Origin: Octopus vulgaris
Taxonomy: Eukaryota
Reading direction: 5' to 3'
Length of the DNA stretch: 64,000 bases
Assembly (NCBI GenBank): GCA_951406725.2
Contig: OX597828.1
Coordinates: 4,340,001-4,404,000, forward strand
This document shows, in pieces, positions 1 to 11,654 of the stretch. How positions within the stretch are numbered: the first letter of the stretch is position 1; every line of letters begins with the position of its first letter. The translations under genes were made by a program, and so were the position numbers. Under the pieces are notes generated by a model. That model was not told the origin of the DNA, ran no database searches, and saw nothing but the letters and a program-made list of their open reading frames with translations.

Positions 1-59
1 CAGCTACTCATTTAAATCACGTCTGTCGACATGTGTCTTATTCTTAAGGTTTTCACTTT

Positions 60-365
60 GCTCTTCAGCTAAATATATTAAGCACTGTTTGGTCAACCTG
101 AAAGTTGACAAAAGTCCGGGTAAGGTTGTTTGTGGAAGACCAGCAGTTGCCCATACATACCCGTCTCTCCTCTGCACAACCAATAACCGATGTTATCCAT
201 TGTAAAGGAAAATGCTGATACCGCTTAGCACCTGCAACGTTGCAACACATTTCTATAGTTGAGTGAACAGGAACAACGTGAAATAAAGAAGGCAACACAC
301 AACCCTCTACTAATCGAACTAACAACATCACAATTGTGAGCCCAACGTTCTAACCAATGAGCGAT
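60..365 (-). mobile_element. decayed SINE fragment
   Basis: gagtgaacaggaacaacgtgaaataaag...cccaacgttctaacca is similar to the copy at 17400-17570. Confidence 0.4.
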
Positions 366-761
366 ATAGACATATAAATGACAATATATACGTCACACTA
401 CGTATTTACTGATATATTCTATCAACTGGAATATCGACTGTGTTTCGCTGGTTCTACTCATGGTTGAATTCTGTAGTCGATGTGGCAGAGAAAGTTTTCT
501 ATGTTTAGTCGATTGCATCGATCTCAGTGATCCTGTCATTGATTGATGTTTATTTTATTGTCCTCAAAAACATCAAAAGAAATAGTAGTAGATCTAAGGT
601 ATGATGGGATATAACTAAAGAAAGTGCAGGTACGTTCTACATTTATAACGATTCCCCAATCAATAGCGAAATCAATGAATAATTAACACACAAACACGTT
701 AAATTTTCCTAATGGCATAATGCATTAAGATCTGGTAGGTACGAGGTTGGATTTAAACAAG

Positions 762-794
<33 letters not shown>

Positions 795-845
795 TATGTA
801 TGCATGTATGTATATCTGTATGTATGTATGTATGTATGTATGTAA

Positions 846-1398
846 GGGAAGGGTCTTCCTTTGATTCTGACATGCAATGTCTGTGCAAGACCCTGCCTCA
901 GTAAAGCTGGACTCATGAGTCATCTTCGTAGTCATAAAACGAGAAAGGTGAGTGACAACCTGGCCACTGGTGGTGGTGTAACACACCATACTAATCATAT
1001 CTGTCGGGTATGTGGAAGAGAGTGTAATTCGGCAGGAGGACTTAAACGACATGCAAAGGTACATGAAGTCCAGTTACAACTACAGCCGTCTATTACCAGT
1101 AAAGGTTTTAGTTGCCAATTTTGTACAAGACATTGTAGGTCTTTAGCTGGGCCAAAAAGTCACATTCGATCACAGCACCTGTAACAGTTAAGCTTCGTGC
1201 AATGGCCATACTCGATAACGAGGGGGCAGCCATAATGTATGTATGTAAAGGTTTTAGTTGCCAATTTTGTACAAGACATTGTAGGTCTTTAGCTGGGCTA
1301 AAAAGTCACATTCGATCACAGCACCTGTAACAGTTAAGCTTCGTGCAATGGCCATACTCGATAACGAGGGGGCAGCCATAATGTATGTATGTATGTAT
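846..1398 (+). mobile_element. 3' end of an RTE-type LINE: C-terminal triple C2H2 zinc-finger coding tail, 3'UTR and (TATG)n tail; last 146 bp tandemly duplicated
   Basis: ORF 861-1184 has three C-x2-C-x12-H-x3/4-H motifs (CNVC..H..H, CRVC..H..H, CQFC..H..H) without TGEKP linkers; short 3'UTR ends in (TATG)n; 1099-1244 is repeated at 1245-1390. Confidence 0.65.
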
Positions 1399-4324
1399 CA
1401 GGCAATTGATTGGTATAATTGTCTCATGCAATCATGTCCCCCTCTGTTAAGCAGATGTACCGCTTTCTTTATTCGCAATTCCTGCTTGAAGGCTGCATCT
1501 CTTACAGTATCTGCTCATGGAAGATGACTAAGCTTATGTCAACTCCCTTTTGTCAATTCCAATTCTCTCTTCACGTGTGTAATGATCAATTCCTATCCCA
1601 TGATACATTATCCACACCCTTTCTTCATACTCTCTTTAAACCTTTGGAATTCCCAGATTTTTCAAGTCGCTCTTGCACATGCTGGCTGCAAAGTAGCCAC
1701 AGAAACTTAAATGGCATACATCTCATTGGTGTAGGGCGGCCCATGAATGTATTATGCAACTGTGTCTTCTCTCAGACCCTGCAGCAAATATGTGCTATTG
1801 TTTCTGGTATGGTTCTGAAACTTAGTGTGTGCTTGCGTATGTATTAATAGTCGTGTATGATAAATGCTATATAGTATACACATATAAGAGTGTCAAGGAG
1901 AGAGAAGGAGGAGTAGAATAAGTGGGGAGAGTAGAAGAAGAGCGTATTACATTTACGTGATTTTGTATTTTCGTTTCGTTGTTACTCAGCGAAAGGACAG
2001 AAGTTACTGGATGCTCCTTGAAAAACGGTAACATTGTAAGAGTGCAATTCTCGAAGCACTTTAATTCGACTGGTATATAAATATCAGATGGAGAGTCTAA
2101 AATTACTTAACAACTCTATTGTTTTTTTCACACAACAGTTTGTGTAATAGTTTATCACTTAGACAAAGGAGAGCAAGAATCAAAAACAATGATATGCATA
2201 ATCGGCAGAATTGAAAATGAATTTGTCAGTTACTGTTATATTTCGTCTTCGGGGATCAACTTGTTATTCACAATGCGTGCTCATAATGTACTCAAATCAT
2301 TGAAGTAAGGATGACGTCGAGATACATCCATGTTTCGACCTTGTATCGCAAAGTTACTGCTATTTCCCGATCGATGAAACTATAAACAAGAACTATGTCA
2401 CCTCTTTATAGAATTTAGCAAACAAAATTATATTTGTGATTCCTGCTGATGGCTGCCAAACGGACAAAAATACCCCATATGTACTGAAAATCAAAGTAAT
2501 GCCCTACAATAAAGAGTGCATTTGAATAATGGCATATATATATATATACCAAGGTATAACCAAACCACGAACATATTCCACTACAGGAGACAGGTTTCCA
2601 GGATGGTTCTCGAAAGTAATAGGATAGTATTCGTAACACTCAGGAGTGTGAATCTTGGAAACGATCAAAGAACGTTCATTGATTCCGATATAATTTTCAT
2701 TGAAGAGGGGTTAAAAAAAGATATTGAAACAGAATGGCGTCTCAAAGTACCCCTCTCTTACCACACTGGTTCAAGTGGGTTGTGAACATACACTATGACC
2801 AAAGAGGCGTTGTTCTCCAACAAATATATATGTGGATATAGATACATACATACATACATATATATATATATTTGTGTGTGTGTGTTTGTGTGTTTTCACG
2901 AGCGCGCGTTTGTGTGTGTGCTTATGTATGATATTGAAGTCAAACCAAATAAGCATATGTATATATACACTTGTATATGTACATATGTAGATAAATATGC
3001 GCACGCATGTGTATGTGTGTGTGTGTGTATACATGTATTTATATGTATGTTTGCATACTTGTGTGTATACATAAAATTGATTATAAAGGTTTTGATATTG
3101 TTTAATAGAGTAATTAAAACATATTTTGTTTGTATTCTATTCTTCAAATTGCAATTGATAATATTTTCCCAATAAAACTAATAGACTTATTTAGTTTAAA
3201 ATCTCATTGTAATTAAACATGAAAAGCCAACTAATAATAGCATTTATTTTTTGGTGGAAAACACTAAAACGAAACCCATTGTAAAATAAGCTTTGTTTTG
3301 TGAATATAGTATTTGCTATTTAGAAATTACCTTCTTTAGTATCGTTAATTATGTCAAATTCTGAGCCTTTTCACTATCCCTTCGGTGCTATAATATTTAC
3401 AGAATACATTTAATGAAGACTCCTTCTAAAACTTTATACACGCAAAATAGAAAATGTTCAGAAAATACAACATTTGGGGATAATAAAATAAAATTATTTG
3501 CTCGTGTACTTGCTTATTATTAATTTAATTTATTTATTTACATTTTAATAATTGCTTTTTTTAGATGCCTAATCTCTGGAGAAGGTATAAAAATGTTTGG
3601 TGTTGATGTACAAACGTAAAACTAAATGGAATCGGATTATTATGTCGCTTTTGGCAAGCTGGACAATTTGGGTAGGAATCATCAGGGATAACTAAATACA
3701 ATAATGTGAGACTATCGTTAGAATGTGATTAACGATTGGCTTTAAAGCGGTCGTCTGATGTTCTTTATTGTAATGTAAACAAATGGTATAAAAGAGTGCA
3801 TTTTAAAGCAATTGCCAACGGATTTGGTAATTATCTTCATATTTAATGTATTTTAAATTTTATAGTAAATCAGCTTTCATTTCATTTATTTAATGTCGCC
3901 TAGATTATTTTTTGCGGAAAATAATGAATCGTTATTGAGACAGTGCATTTAATTTATTCTATATTTTGAAATAAAAGCAGTATAGTATAAACTTTACAAA
4001 TACTTTACGTATTCATGACGAGCATCGTAGGATATTGTTGCTAATATATTCCATGAAATGGAGTGTCGAGTGCGTAAGGCTCATGGGTGAATTTTAATTT
4101 GCAAATTACAGTAATATTTCGGAATATCACATGTGAACGTAATCCACTCAGAATTATCTTATCTCCTATGTGTTGCTTTTTCAAAAGTTGTGCTTCATCT
4201 GCTTATATAAATCTGAATTAGAGGTGCGAATATCCAGGGGTTTGTTTTTTCATTAGTTTCTTTTTTTGTCTGTTTTCTTTCCTTTTACTAGAAGTCCGTG
4301 TGTTTTATATTGATCTGTCATTTA

Positions 4325-4688
4325 ACTTTTACTTGTTTCAAACGGCGGCATTGCAGAATTTTAGTCGAATGAATCGACTCTAGAGCTTTTTCGTTTTTAA
4401 AGCCTGCTACTTATTCTATCGGTCTCTTTTACCGGACCGCAGATTTACAGGGACATAAACACACCAACACCGATTATGAAACGGTGGTAGAGGAACGACA
4501 CAAATACACAGACATACACGCACACACGATAGGCTTCTTTCAGTTTCCAGAACGAAATCTACTCACAATAGCTTCAGTCGGCCTGAGGCAATTGCAGAAA
4601 TCACTTGCCGAAGGTGCCACGTAGTGGGGAGGAACCCGGAACCATGTATTTAAAAAGCAAACGTCTTACCTCACAACCACTCCTGCAC
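4325..4688 (-). mobile_element. tRNA-derived SINE, uninterrupted copy of the family split at 11279-16110
   Basis: colinear with 11310-11654 plus 16092-16110 (tacttattctatcgg, cacttgcc.aaggtgccacg.agtggg, gaaccatgt, caaccactcct); tRNA-like head on the minus strand. Confidence 0.75.
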
Positions 4689-5457
4689 CATGATATTTCA
4701 AGATATTACCATCAATGGATTTGTAATTTGGTTCACGTGAAGTACGTTGCGTTAAAGATGTATGATTTAAAATCTTGTTTAGTTTCTGTGTTTTGCTGCT
4801 GAGCAGCATGCTTGCATTTGTTTATTTGTGTTATCCATTTCTTTTTAATATTTGCCATGATATTCTTTATTGTTCTTAATATTTCTTTATTATTTGCCAT
4901 GGTGTTTTGCATTTTATTTCATTGAACGTTAAAGTGTTTAACTATTTGTTTACGAGGGAATGCCGAGTTACTGAATTTATCTGTTAAACTAATTGTCGAT
5001 TTATAGAAATACATTCCATAGCATGTGTTCGAATCTGAAATCCTAAGGCTATTACAGTGTGCAAGACATTTGTTACCCATTCTGATAAAAAAAACCCAGA
5101 AACCTTAACTTCACTTAAAATATATATTCGTAATATCGTTTCAAAATGTTCATCGCTCTGATCTACAATCTATTCACTAACAGAAATTTGTGCTTTATCT
5201 AAAGGTTTTCAATTATATAGTAATATATATCGCTTGGGATGTTTCTTTCGCTGTAGTTTTTGTTTTTGTTGGTATAAGACAGTTGTTCTGGTTGGGTGCT
5301 TCATAGCAGGTCAGTTAGTAATGATTGTTGGTATTTAGCTGTCTTTCATATATTCCCTCTCCTCTTTCTTGCTTCGGTACCATTTTACGAAGAAGAAAAT
5401 ATGACTAGGAGGACGGATGTTCTCAAGGAGTGGCATTCTGAGGAAGGTGGGTTTCAC

Positions 5458-5563
5458 TAGTAGTAGTTGTAGTAGTAGTAGTACTAGTAGTAGTAGTAGT
5501 AGTAGTAGTATTCTCTTGGAGTTCCTGATAATTAGGTTATCAATGAAGAGCTGATCCTTAGTT

Positions 5564-5612
<49 letters not shown>

Positions 5613-5620
5613 AGCAGCAG
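5458..5620. repeat. (TAG)n and (CTA)n microsatellites in inverted orientation
   Basis: (TAG)n at 5458-5510, ~53-nt spacer, (CTA)n at 5564-5611. Confidence 0.9.
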
Positions 5621-5831
5621 CAATAATTGTTAGTGTTATAATAGTAGTCGTGTAAGTGATAGTAACAGTAGCAGCTGTTGTAGGGTAGTCGTGGTTGTGG
5701 CAGCACAGTTGTAGTGTAGTTATTATCGTCGTAGTCGTTGATATGGAACACAAAGTCGTAAGAGCAACAACAGAGAACAGCGATAGTAGCAGCGGCAAAA
5801 ACATTAGTTTTTAAATTTGATTTTAGGCAAG

Positions 5832-7170
5832 TACACGCGGTTTGAACTATAAATATTTGGTGCCTGTGTGGATGAGCTCTTATTCTGGCTAAAGCTTGTT
5901 TTTATCTAGTTTTATTAGGTGTGTTTTCAGATTGTTGTTTGTACATGGATGCGGGATTTGTGAGGGTTCGTTCCGATTTGCTTTTGTTTGATCGTATCTT
6001 TATTTAAAGTGGTTTACAGACTAAAAATGGCTGCTGCGCTAGCAGTGTGCAGCAAGGAAGAACAGAGATCAGTGATCTGATTTCTATGGACTGAAGGTGT
6101 TAGAGGCTAAAAATCATAGCAAGCTTTCAGTACAATAAGAGACTATTGCTCTACCACGTCGAAGTGTCTTTGAGTGGAAGGAGATGTTTAAAAATTGCCT
6201 GAAAAGTGTGAAGCACAAAGACTGGAACAGGACTCCAATCAAACACCCCCACTGACATAAAGCTTCACGAAACTTGAGATATGGTTTTGGCGATCCGACC
6301 AGTGACCCTCGTCGAGACGGCACGTTTTCTAAAAATTGGTCATGGTTCTGCATGCAAAATTATCCACAACAAGCACCGCTTCCGTAAAGTCTGTGCAAGA
6401 TAGATGTCAAGACAACATACTTTAGCGCATAAGCGAAATCGTGTTCAGATCTGTCAACGCTAATTCTACCGCTACAACGATGGAGGCAAAACATTTTTGG
6501 AGAAAATATTAGCAGGTGATGAGACCTGGATTCATCAATTTCAACCAGAATCCAAAAGGCAGAGTATGGACCGGAAATACCTGGCATTGCCAACGAAAAA
6601 GAAATTCAAGACCCAAACTTCTGCAGAAAAAAGTGTTGCTAACAGTCTTTATTGAGGAGGACAATGGCCTATACTGGAACATTACCTGGAAAAAGTGTTC
6701 ACAATCACCTGCGTAGGCGATATGAAATACTGGCCATCAACATTAAACCCAAAATTCGCAGCAAATGCTGAAGTCCATTTCCAAAGCAAATTTTATTGCT
6801 GCACGATGATGCAAAATAAAATGTGCCACCACCCGCTCCGTTGAGACCAAGGGTCAATTGGTTTTCGAGTTGCTAGAACATCCAGCATACAGTCCAAGTA
6901 TTGTCTCTTGATCTTTTTGGACCGCTCAAAATCCTTTAAGTGTTTGGTGATTTGCTACGGACGAAGAAGTGCAGGAAGCGGTTTATGAATGACTACCCGA
7001 CCACGTGGAAACTTTCTTTTCCGATGAAATAAACAAAATTGTGGACCGCTGTACGAAGTGCATCGAAAAGCAAAGAGACTCTGTCGGAAAATAATATGAT
7101 TGTATACCCTGCTTTTGTTTTAATAAATTACAGTAACATCAGTGCGTAAAATTTTAGATTCAAATTGGGC
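5832..7170 (+). mobile_element. decayed mariner (Tc1/mariner DD34D) transposon; transposase pseudogene ~6027-7094
   Basis: fragments MAAALAVCSKEEQRSVI*FLWTEG, GDETWIHQFQPESKRQSM, LLHDDA, HPAYSP; many stops and frameshifts; degenerate TIRs (ggtttgaactataaatattt ... aaaattttagattcaaatt). Confidence 0.85.
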
Positions 7171-8209
7171 TTTTTTACCCTAGCAAAATACAGCCATGTT
7201 ATGTTATACTTTAATATGAGCCATTTTTAAGATAGCTCCACTTGCAAAGTATTGGTTTACAAGGCGTTGGTTCAAATCTAAGTTTCGAAATAATGATGAA
7301 TGTCTGTTGTTCACAATTTTATCTATCAAAATGTCTATCGTGTGCCATAAATTTAAAATTACTTTAAGGTGGACCTCACGCTCATATGTCAACATTTCTG
7401 TACATTACTAATATCTTAGTATCTTAATAAGATGGCAAAAAGTCTCATTTTATAACATAATGATATTTTGCAGGAAACCTGAAAAAAAAAAACTGTTGAA
7501 ATTTTCAACAATTTCTTCAGAAGAATAAGATTTTAAAATTTTCGTTCATATATGAATAAACAAATTGAACAAATTTGCACATTTCTTTTGAGTAAAAAAT
7601 ACAGCTGTAAGTCGGATAGATTTTGCAGATTGAGAGTGATCATATTGGGATTACAATGGAAAACTATTTAAGTATAAAATGTTACTACTAATACATACAA
7701 ATCGAATTTACCTATTCATATTTTCCCGTTGCCTGTGGTATACGAATCTACATTATATTAAAAACAAAAATCATTCCTTGTCTTTCTTTTTGTATTCAAA
7801 ATTTGGCATAAATAGATTTCACTTTATCGGAAATGTTCTTTTTAGGATAAAAGCTCTGCTAATAATTCCTTAGCAACTTTTAAGCTTTAATTGACATTCA
7901 TATCAATGATTACATCATTTGTAACTAACATAATTGATTTACTTATTGAATTTATAGAAAATAAAGACCAAACTTCTCTTTCGTATGAATATAAACAAAT
8001 AATTAAACGTTTTATAGATGATTATGGACTTGAATCGTTTCATCAAGATAAACTAATTCCTGTGTAATAAAGAAAAGACGTGTTAAAGCACACCAGCATA
8101 AAAGAAATGATGTCTGGTTAAGGAGTGTGTAGTTTCAGTACTTGATGTCATTGAGTGTAACTAGGTGTGTACAAGAAAAGTAAACTGAGCGGAAGTTCAC
8201 CTAAGGCAC

Positions 8210-8210
<1 letters not shown>

Positions 8211-8303
<93 letters not shown>

Positions 8304-8368
8304 GTCTATCAGTCTGTCTGTCTTTATGTTTCTCTCTCTCTCTCTTTCTCTATCTATCTCTCTCTCTT
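8211..8368. repeat. (TATC)n/(TC)n microsatellite
   Basis: seen directly. Confidence 0.95.
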
Positions 8369-8374
8369 TGTACA

Positions 8375-8754
8375 CACTTGCGTCAGAAATTAATTAGCAC
8401 TTCTCAAATTTCTACATTAAATAGGTTAAATCAATTAACCTATGAGCTGTTCAAAACGTCTTACGCGATGAGAAAACTTAGTATGGTGTGATTTCGGTCC
8501 TTGCGAGGCGCTACCTATATCTATTAAACAAAGGAAGATTTGTCTGCATCCGCACTCCAAGTTGTTGTTGCACTGCTATGTCAACATCATAAGGCTGTAG
8601 ACTCTCAAACTGCTCTGCAAACAAAGTTACGTCATCGTTCTGCGCAACAGTGAACTCGCAACAAAGCAATAGTTCGAGATATGGCCACTAGGTGACAGCA
8701 CATACCTTGAGTGAAGAGCAAATCAAGGGTGCTAATTAATTTCTGACGGTAGTG
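8375..8754. mobile_element. Tc1/mariner-type MITE (~380 bp)
   Basis: ~26-bp TIRs cacttgcgtcagaaattaattagcac / gtgctaattaatttctgacggtagtg; TA on the right flank; no ORF. Confidence 0.75.
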
Positions 8755-8762
8755 TATATACA

Positions 8763-8934
8763 CATCAGGTGCTGAAATGATCCTGGGTTGGGGTAAAAGA
8801 AAATACGGTGGAATCAGTTAATTATGACTTTATTCAGTATAGGCGCCTCTCAGATTTACAGACTTATTGCAGTTTTTTATCCTCTGTCAAAAAATCTCTT
8901 GAAGTCTGGAACATTTCAGCACTCTCTCGTGTAA

Positions 8935-8935
<1 letters not shown>
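8763..8935 (-). mobile_element. 3' fragment of a mariner-like transposon
   Basis: minus strand reads ...NKSVNLRGAYTE*, resembling a mariner transposase C-terminus (WxKCxxxxGxYxE). Confidence 0.4.
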
Positions 8936-9032
<97 letters not shown>

Positions 9033-9170
9033 CGGAGATGTACTCGCATAGCAAGTGATTTGATCTGAGATCGTGTGCTGAAACGAAAACAATTGCAGCG
9101 TGGAAGGTGTTTGTAAGCCATTTAAAAAACACACAAAAGCCGTTCGATTCACTTCAACATTTAAGTTTAA

Positions 9171-9220
9171 TTTGTCAAAATATTTTCGTCGCTAAAATCC
9201 GCGACCTGTTCACTGACAAA
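9171..9220 (-). ncRNA. minimal type-I hammerhead ribozyme, G3:C8 core variant
   Basis: minus strand: tttgtca-GTGAACA-g-gtcgc-ggatttta-gcgac-GAAA-atat-TT-tgacaaa; perfect 7-bp stem I, 5-bp stem II, palindromic stem III. Confidence 0.65.
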
Positions 9221-9256
9221 AATCCGTGCTGCATCATCCGAGATGCAGCACGGACT

Positions 9257-9307
9257 TTTGTCAGTGAACAGGTCGCAGTCTTAAAGCGACGAAAATATTT
9301 TTACAAA
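9257..9307 (+). ncRNA. minimal type-I hammerhead ribozyme, G3:C8 variant (inverted copy)
   Basis: tttgtca-GTGAACA-g-gtcgc-agtcttaaa-gcgac-GAAA-atat-TT-ttacaaa; one stem I mismatch. Confidence 0.6.
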
Positions 9308-9381
9308 TTAAACTTAAATGTTGAAGTGAATCGAACGGCTTTTGTGTGTTTCTTAAATGGCTTACAAACACCTTCCACGCT

Positions 9382-9468
<87 letters not shown>

Positions 9469-9605
9469 CGGAGATGTACTTGCATAGCGAGTGACTTGAT
9501 CTGAGATCGTATGCTGGAATGAAAACAATTGCAGCGTGGAAGGTGTTTATAAGACATTTAAGATACACACAAAACTGTTAGATTCACTTCAACATTTAAT
9601 TTTAA

Positions 9606-9656
9606 TTTGACAAAATATTTTCGTCGCTTTGAGACCGCGACCTGTTCACTGAAAAA
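9606..9656 (-). ncRNA. third G3:C8 hammerhead copy, stem I decayed
   Basis: same GTGAACA / gtcgc..gcgac / GAAAATATTT layout. Confidence 0.5.
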
Positions 9657-9671
9657 GCTTCGAGGTGCATC

Positions 9672-9733
<62 letters not shown>

Positions 9734-9736
<3 letters not shown>

Positions 9737-9840
9737 GAAATATTTCTAAGTCTCTCTAAAGGAGACTACGGCAGCGGTTAATTTCCACTCCTGCTGCCGT
9801 AGTCTCCTTTAGAGAGACTTAGACATCATAATATTTCTAT
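9734..9840. repeat. inverted repeat with perfect 31-bp arms (9745-9775 / 9793-9823), 17-nt loop and an outer 11-bp extension
   Basis: tctaagtctctctaaaggagactacggcagc / gctgccgtagtctcctttagagagacttaga; atagaaatatt / aatatttctat. Confidence 0.9.
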
Positions 9841-9930
9841 TTTTGAAAACCAATGGATGTATTCCACTGAAATTAGGTAAATAATCCTTCGAACAGACGG
9901 TCAGCAGCGACGCCTGCTGGGTCTGGCTAC

Positions 9931-9973
9931 TCTGCATTGATATTGGGGAAATACCCTGAAACATGTCTGCAGA
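9931..9973 (+). ncRNA. degenerate minimal hammerhead ribozyme (PLE-type)
   Basis: tctgca-TTGATAT-tgggg-aaata-ccct-GAAA-catg-TC-tgcaga; perfect stem I, palindromic ACATGT, GUC site, but the CUGAUGA box is mutated. Confidence 0.5.
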
Positions 9974-11654
9974 TGTCTGACCATCAAGAGGAAGAAGCTC
10001 ACCTCCCTTGTTCGAAGGTTATAAGGGACACAGGTTCGTGTGTCATATAGCCAGCTAGAGGCGATATCCTCTTGGAGCTAATCAACGGCAGCTTAAGTCT
10101 TATATTCATGGACTGCCATATCAGCTTGTTTGTGATAGGGTACCCATCATAGGAATAAAGAAAGACATAATTCATTATATTAAAAGTTAGTTTATCGGAA
10201 AATAAAGTATAATATTGACAAATTGATCTAATACAATTTGTGGATAGCAAACGTTTTATTCAAATGTTTGATTGAATACTTTGAAGATTTTATAAAATGA
10301 ATCGAAAAGAAGGGGTGGTTTTTTTATACTATAAGTGGTCGAAATGAATTGACAGCGATATCCCAGTCTGTTTTTATAGAATTAGTATTATTTATTTCAA
10401 ATTCATAAATTTTGCATAGTTTCTAATGTTGAGTTAAGAATAAACGAGGTTTATCATTTTTTTGGAAATTGTGGGCGAAATGTGAAACAGCGGAATAATT
10501 ACATTACCTGAAAATTTTCTGCTGGGTGATGTAATAAATAACAGGATATTCTCTTAAATTTTTTTGTGGTATTGCAATGTATGTGAATGAGCCAGATGTT
10601 TGCAACAGTCGTTGAACAATATCTGTGAGGACTTAAATAAACTATGTTGGGTGATGTCAGTAAAAAGAAAACAAAATGAAAATAGATATTGTAGAATCTT
10701 ACGAAGATTAATTAACAACATTATAATATTTCGGGAAACGTACTCGTTATGAAGTAGAAATTAACATTAAGCATAGACGTTAGTGAAGCATGCTGTTGTA
10801 GTCAAGCAATTGGAATAAGTAAATACCTTTACTATTTATACCATATTTCTTATAGGAATTCAATCTCCAAATATTTAGCTGCAAACACAGATGAGAACTA
10901 TCAATTTGAAGCAAATAAATAACTCATGAATATTATAAATTATTCTAATATATGCGTAGACATTAGTTGTTTCACCGACATCGCCATACTGGTGCCTTAC
11001 TTTAGCTTAACTTCTGCTTTGAGATGCTTATTGCACCAAGGAGGGATTGTATATCATTATGCTTAGTAAAACCTGTAAATCGGTTTTTGTTTTAATTATC
11101 AGCAATCACTACGTTTGAATTAAAATTAAGCAAATCCAGAACAAAACTTCAAAGTTGGTGTTTTACTTTACTTTTCATGATATGTAATGTAAAGAAAATT
11201 ATATGATTTTGCATGGGAATTTCCCAAACTTTACAGGGTAAGTTCTTAATTAAAAAAAAATATTTTGCAATTAAATATTTTTACTCTCTACTCTTTACTC
11301 TTTTACTCTTTTACTTGTTTCAGTGGCCATATTGGCCATATCGTGGCCATATTGGAGCATCGCCTTTAGTTGAACACATAGACCCTAGGACTTATACTTT
11401 CCAAGCCTAGTACTTATTCTATCGGACTCTTTTCCCGAACCACTAAGTTACGGGGGCGTAAACACACAGATTCGGTTGCCAAGTGGTGTTGGAGGGACAA
11501 ACACAAACACACCAACATATACACACACATACATATATATATATATCTCCTCAAAAGGCTTTGGTTGGCCCGCGGCTATAGTAGAAGTCACTTGCCCAAA
11601 GTTCCACGCAGTGGGACTGAACCCAGAACCATGTAGTTCGTAAGCAAGCTACTT

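Larger units (their letters stand above)
9032..9673. mobile_element. Penelope-like pseudo-LTR (pLTR) repeats: two direct copies (9032-9235, 9468-9673) and one inverted partial copy (9242-9381)
   Basis: ~139-bp inverted arms 9097-9235 / 9242-9381 with a 6-nt loop; direct repeat of cggagatgtactcgcatagc...; each copy carries a hammerhead-like motif; inverted partial pLTRs are typical of PLEs. Confidence 0.7.
8942..9732. repeat. three long (TA)n tracts (8942-9031, 9385-9466, 9676-9732) hosting PLE-like repeats
   Basis: seen directly. Confidence 0.95.
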
